Notes under the pieces: generated by a model | Told to the model about the DNA's origin: nothing | The model's database searches: none | Seen by the model: only the letters and a program-made list of their open reading frames with translations | Part shown: piece after piece, positions 56,903 to 64,000 of the stretch | Position numbering within the stretch: position 1 is the stretch's first letter | How the letters are laid out: each line of letters begins with the position of its first letter | Made by a program: the position numbers and the translations under genes | Assembly: GCA_965219675.1 (NCBI GenBank) | Contig: OZ244786.1 | Coordinates: 3,674,597-3,738,596 of the forward strand | Direction: 5' to 3' | Length of the DNA stretch: 64,000 bases | DNA from: Candidatus Multivorans sp. | GTDB taxonomy: Bacteria; Acidobacteriota; Thermoanaerobaculia; Multivoradales; Multivoraceae

Positions 56903-59113
56903 GTGCGGGCGGTGGCGGGATGCACCCCGTGGCTGGTATCGTCGCTCGCTGCGATGGACGGTCTCGGAGCTTCGATCCTGACCCCGATGCCGGCCGGACG
57001 GCCGGCGCAGCCAGTGACCGGATATCGGCCCGAGGGAACGCGTCTCGACCGGATGATCGCCGCGGCGACGGGCAGGCTGCTCGAGGAGCAGCGGCCCGAC
57101 GGCCACTGGTGCGCCGAGCTCGAAGGCGACACGATCCTGGAGTCGGAGTACGTGCTCCTGCTCCACTTTCTGGGGCGCGGCGACGACCCTCGCGTCCGGG
57201 CCTGCTGCGAACGGCTGCGGAACACGCGGCTCGGGACGGGCGGCTGGTCGATTTATCCGGGCGGGCCGGCGGACGTCAGCGCTTCGGTCAAGGCGTACCT
57301 GTGCCTGAAGATCGCGGGAGACGACGTGGAGTCGCCGCCGATGGCCGCGGCGCGGCGCGCGATCGTGGAGGCCGGCGGCCTGGGCGCCTGCAACTCGTAC
57401 ACGAAGCTGCTGCTCGCGGTCTTCGGGTTGTGGCGCTGGCGCGACGCGCCGGCAGTGCCGCCGGAGATCGTGCTGTTGCCGCGGTGGTTCTACTTCAACC
57501 TGGATGAGATGTCGGCGTGGACGCGGGCGATTGTGGTGCCGCTGTCGGTGGTTTGGGCGTTGAAGCCGGGCGTGGAGGTGGAGGTGGGGTTGGAGGAGTT
57601 GCGGGGTGGCGGCCGGATGCCGGCGGGGACGCCGGCGCACCCAGTGGCGGACCGCGCCTGGTCGGTGGTCTTTGGTGGGGTGGACAGGTTGATCAAGTTC
57701 GTGGAGAGGGTCGGGCCGGTGCCGGGGTGGCGGCGGCGGGCTCTCGAGGAGGCGGAGGCCTGGATGACGCCTCGGCTGGGGGGAGACGATGGCCTGGGGG
57801 CGATCTTTCCGGCGATCGTGAACGCGGTCATGGCGCTCAGGGCCCTAGGGTACGAGGAGGATCATCCCCTGGTCCAGGGCCAACTGCGGGCGCTCGAGCG
57901 GTTCGAGATCGAGGACGCGAGCGGGAAAGCGGCGGAGATGAGGCTCCAGCCGTGTCTCTCCCCGGTCTGGGACACCGCGCTGTCGATGAACGCGCTCCTC
58001 GCGTCGGACGGGGATGGCGAGGCGGCGGCGCTGCAGCACGGCCTGCGGTGGCTGCTCGACCGCGAAGTGACCGCGCCGGGAGACTGGCAGCGAAAGAGCC
58101 TGCAGCAGGCGCCGGGCGGCTGGTGCTTCGAGTACGGCAACGACTTCTACCCGGACTGCGACGACACCGCCGAGGTCCTGGCCGTGCTGGCCGGGCTCAG
58201 GGGCGAGAACGAGGAGCTGGAGTGGCGGCGGCAGGCCGCCGTGTCCCGCGGCCTGCGCTGGCTGCGCGGCATGCAGAACCCGGACGGCGGCTGGGCCGCG
58301 TTCGACCGCCGCTGCGACAAGGAGATCCTGACCCGCATCCCGTTCGCGGATCACAACGCGATGATCGACCCGAGCACCGCGGACATCACGGCGCGCGCCG
58401 TCTGCGCCCTGCTCGCGCACGGCGGCGACCGCTCGGATGCCGCGGTCCGGCGCGGGGTGGAGTTCCTGCTGCGGATGCAGGAGAGCGACGGGAGCTGGTA
58501 CGGCCGCTGGGGCGCGAACTACGTCTACGGAACCTGGCTCGCGCTGGCCGCGCTGTCGCAGGTCGGCGGCGCCGGCGGCACCGGCGAGGCGGACGAGCGG
58601 CTCCCGCGCGCGATGCGGGCGGGGCGCGACTGGCTGCTCGGAGTCCAGAACGCGGACGGCGGATGGGGCGAGTCGCTGCACTCGTACGCGGATGCGAACG
58701 CGAAGGGGCAAGGCCGGAGCACGGCGTCCCAGACCGCCTGGGCGATGCTCGGGTTGATCGCGGCGGCCGGTCCGGGGGCCGCGGCGGGAGAGCGGAGCGC
58801 GGTCGGCGCGGCGCTCGAGCGGGCGGTCGGATTTCTGGGTGAGCGGCAGGGGCCGGATGGCGGCTGGGAGGATCGGGAGTGGACGGGGGTCGGCTTCCCG
58901 CGGGTGTTCTATCTTCGGTACCACGGCTATGGGGTCTACTTTCCGTTGGAGGCACTGGCGGGGTATCGGGAGTGGAGCCGGATGCCGGCGGGGACGCCGG
59001 CGCACCCAGTGGCGGAGCGGATGCCGGCGGGGACGCCGGCGCACCCGGTGGCGGAGCGGATGCCGGCGGGGACGCCGGCGCACCCAGTGGTGGGGCACAC
59101 GGTTCCTTCTTGA
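56903..59113 (+). CDS. shc: squalene-hopene cyclase (alternative starts at 56954 or 56987; carries in-frame REP insertions and a REP-encoded C-terminal tail)
   Basis: DCDDTAEV (DxDD) class-II terpene cyclase motif, multiple QW repeats, N-terminal alignment to SHC (LDR...EYVLLLHFL). Confidence 0.8.
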   Translation: MRAVAGCTPWLVSSLAAMDGLGASILTPMPAGRPAQPVTGYRPEGTRLDRMIAAATGRLLEEQRPDGHWCAELEGDTILESEYVLLLHFLGRGDDPRVRACCERLRNTRLGTGGWSIYPGGPADVSASVKAYLCLKIAGDDVESPPMAAARRAIVEAGGLGACNSYTKLLLAVFGLWRWRDAPAVPPEIVLLPRWFYFNLDEMSAWTRAIVVPLSVVWALKPGVEVEVGLEELRGGGRMPAGTPAHPVADRAWSVVFGGVDRLIKFVERVGPVPGWRRRALEEAEAWMTPRLGGDDGLGAIFPAIVNAVMALRALGYEEDHPLVQGQLRALERFEIEDASGKAAEMRLQPCLSPVWDTALSMNALLASDGDGEAAALQHGLRWLLDREVTAPGDWQRKSLQQAPGGWCFEYGNDFYPDCDDTAEVLAVLAGLRGENEELEWRRQAAVSRGLRWLRGMQNPDGGWAAFDRRCDKEILTRIPFADHNAMIDPSTADITARAVCALLAHGGDRSDAAVRRGVEFLLRMQESDGSWYGRWGANYVYGTWLALAALSQVGGAGGTGEADERLPRAMRAGRDWLLGVQNADGGWGESLHSYADANAKGQGRSTASQTAWAMLGLIAAAGPGAAAGERSAVGAALERAVGFLGERQGPDGGWEDREWTGVGFPRVFYLRYHGYGVYFPLEALAGYREWSRMPAGTPAHPVAERMPAGTPAHPVAERMPAGTPAHPVVGHTVPS
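57609..57647 (-). repeat. REP element inserted in-frame within shc
   Basis: ggcggccggatgccggcggggacgccggcgcacccagtg encoding GGRMPAGTPAHPV. Confidence 0.75.
58978..59094 (-). repeat. 3 tandem 39-bp REP units forming the 3' end of the shc ORF
   Basis: ggatgccggcggggacgccggcgcacccagtggcggagc x3, encoding RMPAGTPAHPVAE x3. Confidence 0.8.
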
Positions 59114-60121
59114 GTGGATATGAGAACGCCGCTTCATCTTGTGGTCGACAACCTGGTGCTCCAGGCGCGGAACGCGCTGCGGGGCAGGAAGAGGTACCCG
59201 TTCGTGCTGATGCTCGAACCGCTGTACACGTGCAACCTGGCCTGCATCGGCTGCTCCGTGGAGCGGCATACCGGGAAGCTCAAGGACCGGATGGCGGTGG
59301 CGGACTGTCTCGACGCGGTCGAGGTCACCGAGGCGCCCGTCGTCTCCATCTGCGGCGGCGAGCCGACGATCTACCCCGAGCTTCCGGAGCTCGTCGCGGG
59401 CATCATCGCCCGGCGCCGGCACATCTACCTCTGCACGAACGCCCTGCTGCTCGACACGAAGGTCTTCGGCCGCGTGCCCCCGCACCGCCGCCTGACGCTG
59501 AACGTCCACCTCGACGGGATGCGCGAAACCCACGACTATGTCTGCGCGCGCGAGGGCGTGTTCGACAAGGCGGTCGAGATGATCCGGGCCGCGAAGGAGC
59601 TCGGCTACCGCGTGAGCACGAACACGACCGTGTTCAAGGAGACGCGGATCGAGGAGGTCGAGGAGCTCTGCGGCTTCCTGCGCGATCTGGACGTCGACGG
59701 GATGCTCATCTCGCCCGGCTACCAGTACGAGTCGGTCGACCGGGACATCTTCCTCACCCGGCAGGACTCGCAGGACAAGTTCCTGCGCATCCTCGAGATC
59801 GCCGACGAGTACAAGCTGACTTCGACGCCCATGTACCTCGAGTTCGCCGCCGGAATCCGGGACTACTCCTGCTCTCCCTGGAGCACGGTGACCAGGACGC
59901 CGCTCGGCTGGAAGGGGCCGTGCTACCTCATCGCCAAGCGCTACTACCCGACCTTCGAGGAGTTCTGGGACGAGACGGACTGGGACTACTGGGAATCCCG
60001 CGAGGATCCGCTGTGCGCGAACTGCGCGATGCACTCGGGCTTCGAGGCCTCCGCGGTGCGCGAGGCGAACCGGAACCCGCGGGACCTCGCGCGGCTCGCG
60101 GCCTGGCAACTCTCGGGTTGA
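59114..60121 (+). CDS. hpnH: hopanoid biosynthesis radical SAM protein HpnH (adenosylhopane synthase)
   Basis: CNLACIGC radical-SAM cluster motif; HpnH family length; follows shc. Confidence 0.85.
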   Translation: MDMRTPLHLVVDNLVLQARNALRGRKRYPFVLMLEPLYTCNLACIGCSVERHTGKLKDRMAVADCLDAVEVTEAPVVSICGGEPTIYPELPELVAGIIARRRHIYLCTNALLLDTKVFGRVPPHRRLTLNVHLDGMRETHDYVCAREGVFDKAVEMIRAAKELGYRVSTNTTVFKETRIEEVEELCGFLRDLDVDGMLISPGYQYESVDRDIFLTRQDSQDKFLRILEIADEYKLTSTPMYLEFAAGIRDYSCSPWSTVTRTPLGWKGPCYLIAKRYYPTFEEFWDETDWDYWESREDPLCANCAMHSGFEASAVREANRNPRDLARLAAWQLSG

Positions 60122-60155
60122 CCCGAGCCCGCGGCTCGCGGCCGCCGGAAGCGAC

Positions 60156-61154
60156 GTGACCGCCCTGGTCACCGGCGGCACGGGCTTCGTCGGCGCCCAC
60201 GTCGTCCGCGCGCTGCTGGAGCGCGGCGCGGGCCCGGTTCGCTGCCTGGTGCGCCCCGCCAGCGACCGCTCGAACCTCGAAGGCCTCGACGTGGACCTGG
60301 CGCGGGGCGACCTCCGCGATCCGGAGAGTCTCGCGGCGGCCTGCCGGGGCTGCGAGGAGGTCTACCACTGCGCGGCGGACTACCGGCTCTTCGCCCGCGA
60401 CCCCTCCGGGATCCACGCCTCGAACACGGGCGGGACCCGCAATCTGCTGGCGGCCGCCCGGGGCGCCGGGGTTCGGCGGATCGTCTACACGAGTTCCGTC
60501 GCGGCGCTCGGGCTGGAACCGGGCGGAGAGCCGGCCGACGAGACGACCCCGGTCGATCCAGCGAAGATCGTCGGCCACTACAAGCGGAGCAAGTACGACG
60601 CGGAGCGGGTGGCCGAGCAGGCCGCCGCGGACGGCGCGCCGGTGGTTATCGTGAACCCGTCGACGCCGGTCGGCGAACTGGACGTGAAACCGACGCCGAC
60701 CGGGCGGATCATCGTGGACTTCCTGAACGGCCGGATGCCGGCCTGGGTCGATACGGGCCTGAACGTCGTCGACGTCCGCGACGTGGCGCAGGGCCATCTC
60801 CTGGCGGCGGAGCGGGGTCGCGTGGGCGAGAAGTACATCCTGGGCAACCGCAACGTGACGCTCCGCGAGCTGCTCCAGTTGCTGGCGGAGATCACCGGCC
60901 GGCGGGCGCCGCGGCTGCGCCTGCCGCACTGGCTCCCGATTGCCGTCGCGGCCGTCGACACGGGCCGGGCCCGGTGGTTCGGCGGCGAGCCCCGCGTACC
61001 GCTCGAGAGCGCCCGGATGGCGCGGAAGAAGATGTTCTTCGACGCCGGCAAGGCGGTGCGGGAGCTGGGGTTGCCGCAGAGCCCGGTGGAGGAGGCGCTG
61101 CGGCGGGCGGTGGGGTGGTTTGAGGGGAATGGGTATGTGGCCGCTTCGCGTTGA
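60156..61154 (+). CDS. hpnA: hopanoid-associated sugar epimerase HpnA (NAD-dependent epimerase/dehydratase)
   Basis: GTG start; VTGGTGFVGAHV Rossmann motif; YxxxK SDR catalytic region. Confidence 0.75.
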   Translation: MTALVTGGTGFVGAHVVRALLERGAGPVRCLVRPASDRSNLEGLDVDLARGDLRDPESLAAACRGCEEVYHCAADYRLFARDPSGIHASNTGGTRNLLAAARGAGVRRIVYTSSVAALGLEPGGEPADETTPVDPAKIVGHYKRSKYDAERVAEQAAADGAPVVIVNPSTPVGELDVKPTPTGRIIVDFLNGRMPAWVDTGLNVVDVRDVAQGHLLAAERGRVGEKYILGNRNVTLRELLQLLAEITGRRAPRLRLPHWLPIAVAAVDTGRARWFGGEPRVPLESARMARKKMFFDAGKAVRELGLPQSPVEEALRRAVGWFEGNGYVAASR

Positions 61155-61167
61155 CGCACCGGGTCCG

Positions 61168-61337
61168 CCACTGGGTGCGCCGGCCTTCTGGCCGGCATCC
61201 GGACTGGGTGCGCCGGCGTCCCCGCCGGCTGCCGCCGAAGGCGGCCAGAAAGACGGGCCGACCGAAGGTCGGCATCCGCTTCAATTCCGGCGCACCTCCC
61301 CCGGAAGCCGGCGGGGACGCCGGCGCACCCAGTGGCG
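61168..61337 (+). repeat. composite MITE-like REP element
   Basis: Forward REP cores at 61168 and 61204, inverted REP at 61300-61337. Confidence 0.8.
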
Positions 61338-61343
61338 GACCCC

Positions 61344-62120
61344 GTGACGACGGTCTATCTGGCGGCGATGCGGTTCGAGGTCGGGGCGCTGATGCGCCGC
61401 GTGGAGGGTGCGCGGAAAGCCCGGGACACGGGGCTCGGGAGAACGGTGTCGGGCTCCATCGGAGGCCGGCCGGTGCTGGTCGCCGTGTCGGGAGTCGGAG
61501 CGCGGGCGGCCCGAACGGCCGCCGAGGCCTGCGTGGACCTCGCCCGCCAGGGTCGGTGCAGCCGCGTCGTCTGGCTCGGCATTGCCGGCGCGCTGTCGCC
61601 AGGGCTGCGAGTGGGCGACCTGGTCGTCGCCACGAGCGTCACGGCCGCGGAAGAGCGACACTGGGTGCGCCGGCGTCCCCGCCGGCATCCGGACGCCGCC
61701 CCACAACCGATCGCCCTGGACCGGGATCTCGCCACCTCCGCAGTCTCCGCCGGCTGCGCCGAAGCAGTCGTCGTCTCGACGTCGAGGCCCGTCGTCACCC
61801 CGGACCAGCGCCAGCGCCTATGGCAACAGGCCGGCTCGCCCGACCGTGCCGCGGTCGACATGGAGAGCTATGAAGCCGCCCGAGTCTTCCACGCCGCCGG
61901 CCTGCCGTTCGCCGTCGTCCGTGCGGTCAGCGACACCGCGGAGGACGACCTGCCCATGGCCCTCACGGACGCGGTGACGGCTGAAGGTGGAATCTCGACC
62001 CCGAGGCTCGCCTTCGCCCTGCTGCGGCGGCCGCGGGCCGCGCTTCCGCTGGCGGCGGTTCGATTTCTGGCGGCCCGTTCCGCCAGGGTCCTGGCCGGCG
62101 CCGCGGCGGCGCTCGCCTGA
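61344..62120 (+). CDS. hpnG: hopanoid-associated phosphorylase HpnG (PNP/MTA-nucleosidase family), with in-frame REP insertion
   Basis: GTG start VTTVYLAAMRFEV; nucleoside phosphorylase fold motifs; REP at 61659-61692 in frame. Confidence 0.7.
   Translation: MTTVYLAAMRFEVGALMRRVEGARKARDTGLGRTVSGSIGGRPVLVAVSGVGARAARTAAEACVDLARQGRCSRVVWLGIAGALSPGLRVGDLVVATSVTAAEERHWVRRRPRRHPDAAPQPIALDRDLATSAVSAGCAEAVVVSTSRPVVTPDQRQRLWQQAGSPDRAAVDMESYEAARVFHAAGLPFAVVRAVSDTAEDDLPMALTDAVTAEGGISTPRLAFALLRRPRAALPLAAVRFLAARSARVLAGAAAALA
61659..61692 (+). repeat. REP element inserted in-frame within hpnG
   Basis: cactgggtgcgccggcgtccccgccggcatccgg encoding HWVRRRPRRHP. Confidence 0.75.
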
Positions 62121-62159
62121 CAGACTACGCGCCGCCCCGCCAGCCGGAAGATCCACACG

Positions 62160-63215
62160 ATGCGCAAACTCGAAGCGAGAGCCACCGGCGACCTGGGGAT
62201 GTTCTTCCGGGCCCTGGAGGACGAGGAGGCGGCCGACTACTGGTCGCGGCAGTGCACCCGCGCGGACTACGCCCTGCCGAAGGTGGGCGTCGACTGCTCC
62301 TGGAACTACGGACCCTGCCTGCGCGCCGCCCGCGGCGACTGGCCGGCGGTGCGCGAAGCGCTCGACCACTACTGGACGCACGGCGCCGGCAACGAGTTCA
62401 ACTCGCCGCTCTACGGCGGCCGCGTCTACGTGGCCGCCGTCCTGTGCGCGCTCCGCGGGGGCGGTCAGGCGGCGTGGGCATTCGTTCACCGCTGGACCGG
62501 TTTCCTGGCGCTGCAGGCGACCCTCGCTCCACCCCCGCCACGGCGCGAGACGTTCCTCTGGGCCGGTGAGACGAAGCCTCTGCGCTACGTGCGCACCGGC
62601 CACGGCGTCGCGATTCCGCCCACCGGGCTGCGGACGAACGGCGACGCCCTCTGCAATACGATGATCGAACCGGTCCTGGCCCACGTCCTCGGAATCGGGC
62701 ACGAGATGCGCCAGCCCCGGCACTGGCGCAACTGGCGGGCGCCGCGAGACAAGGAGGAGTGGGCCCGGCGGGGCTCGCCACCCACTCCGTTCGCATACCT
62801 CGAGGCGGTCCGGCAAGCCGAGGCGCGATCCGGCGCCCGGATCCGGGAGCAGCCGTTCATGGCGTTCTGCGCGCGGGCGGTCCGGGGAGACATGGAAGCG
62901 TGGGGCGAGCTCGGCCGCGCGGTTGAGCGCGCCGGCGTGCCCCTGCCGCGGGGCATCGCCCGGTTCGTCATCGAGCGCCGCGCGGACGCCGTGGCCACCT
63001 TCTGGGAGGGCAGGTCGCCGACCCGCCAGAAACCGTCCGTCGCGGCCGGAGCGATCGTCGGCAACCGCCGCTACATCCTGATCCCGGCCACGTGGCAGAT
63101 CCCGAGCACCCAGACGAGATCCCGAATCACCGACACGGAGGTCCGCGCGCAGGCGGACGTGGAGGACACGATGCCGCGGCTGGAGGACCCCGCGGGGACG
63201 TTCGAACTCACCTAG
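62160..63215 (+). CDS. hypothetical protein
   Basis: 351-aa ORF with high GC3 and protein-like composition; antisense ORF 61818..63617 is Arg-rich artefact. Confidence 0.4.
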   Translation: MRKLEARATGDLGMFFRALEDEEAADYWSRQCTRADYALPKVGVDCSWNYGPCLRAARGDWPAVREALDHYWTHGAGNEFNSPLYGGRVYVAAVLCALRGGGQAAWAFVHRWTGFLALQATLAPPPPRRETFLWAGETKPLRYVRTGHGVAIPPTGLRTNGDALCNTMIEPVLAHVLGIGHEMRQPRHWRNWRAPRDKEEWARRGSPPTPFAYLEAVRQAEARSGARIREQPFMAFCARAVRGDMEAWGELGRAVERAGVPLPRGIARFVIERRADAVATFWEGRSPTRQKPSVAAGAIVGNRRYILIPATWQIPSTQTRSRITDTEVRAQADVEDTMPRLEDPAGTFELT

Positions 63216-63266
63216 AAGCTGCCGGCGGCTGGTAGCCTTGACGATTCCCAACGGAAACGTCCGGCG

Positions 63267-63614
63267 ATGCGACCACTCACCGACAGCGAGTACGGCGTCC
63301 TGAAGGCGATAGCCGAAGGACGGCCCCCCACGGCGCATGCAGCCCGAGGAACGCTTACCCTGCTCCAGGGCCTCCGGCTGATCCACGAGGACAGGCTCAC
63401 GCTCACGGACCACGGCGAGAAGCTCCTGCACCGGGAGCGCACGGCACATGGAGACGACGAGGTGCCGAAGCTCACCGCGGAGGACCGCGAATGGGTCGAA
63501 GCCGCGGCCGGACGCGGCCTGGCTACCGGAAAACTCTCCAACGAGGAGACCCGGGCCGTCTGCGCGGCGGTGCTCTCTTTCGCCCGGCACCGCTGGAAGG
63601 AAGACAGCGACTAG
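63267..63614 (+). CDS. hypothetical small protein, possible winged-helix DNA-binding fold
   Basis: 115 aa, SEYGVLKAIAEGRPP...LQGLRLIHEDRLTLTDHGEKLL resembles wHTH. Confidence 0.35.
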   Translation: MRPLTDSEYGVLKAIAEGRPPTAHAARGTLTLLQGLRLIHEDRLTLTDHGEKLLHRERTAHGDDEVPKLTAEDREWVEAAAGRGLATGKLSNEETRAVCAAVLSFARHRWKEDSD

Positions 63615-63632
63615 CAAAGAGAAAGGGGCGAC

Positions 63633-63662
63633 AGGCTGAAAGCCTGCCGCCCCGGCGAAGGT
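63633..63662 (+). terminator. stem-loop downstream of 63267..63614 (no T-tract)
   Basis: GGGGCGACAGGC-TGAAA-GCCTGCCGCCCC 12-bp stem with one mismatch. Confidence 0.3.
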
Positions 63663-64000
63663 TGGCAGCGACGAAGAGCGGGTTATGCGCTTTTCATCAC
63701 TCAGGTTTTTGTTTGGACAGACGGCCTAAGCTTGAACCTCCATCGCTGCCCGGCGGCGATCAAGGGCAAGGAGTCGAATGCTGATGATCATCCGATTGGA
63801 ACCCCTGGGACGCTACCGTGTATCGCTTTGTGTTCCCTCAGTCGACCGGGAACGGGTTGTCAGGAACGAGACCCCGAGACGTCGAAGCCGACGCCGCAGG
63901 ACAGAGCACGTCAAGGGTGGTATGTGCGGCGACGTGTACACCGCCGACCCTTCCACCCCACGCGATAGGCGGAGTGCTGTCGTTCAGACTCCGTGCCGCC

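Overview
High-GC (~70%) bacterial chromosomal segment. GWxTD/VWA proteins, carboxypeptidase-regulatory-like outer-membrane proteins and a hopanoid cluster suggest an Acidobacteriota/Gemmatimonadota-like organism (inference). About 60 genes are supported. Housekeeping: trmB (partial), manC, tmk, holB, moeA, prfA-prmC, rsmI, mnmA plus cysteine desulfurase, maf, apgM. Regulation: a sensor kinase with a sigma-54 response regulator. Catabolism: a dihydropyrimidinase/beta-ureidopropionase pair. Cell envelope: a soluble lytic transglycosylase, a GT2 glycosyltransferase, an ABC-2 permease and two paralogous secreted proteins. Hopanoids: shc-hpnH-hpnA-hpnG. RNA genes: tRNA-Ala(GGC) and tRNA-Sec(UCA), the latter followed by a tandem 83-bp duplication of its 3' part. 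The dominant non-genic feature is a dense family of REP/MITE-like elements at 17 or more loci. Their core is CACTGGGTGCGCCGGCGTCCCCGCCGGCTGCCGCCGAAGGCGGCC, which forms two hairpins and has no stop codon in any of six frames. They include 69-, 75- and 141-bp tandem arrays and a cognate REP-associated tyrosine transposase (RAYT) gene. An IS110-family element is inserted precisely into one unit of a REP array next to the RAYT. Several REP copies sit in-frame inside coding sequences, Rickettsia-RPE-like: inside shc, as the shc C-terminal tail, inside hpnG, and in the N-terminal regions of a GWxTD paralog and of maf. Many long ORFs in the six-frame track, especially those spanning REP arrays or antisense to real genes, are high-GC artefacts.
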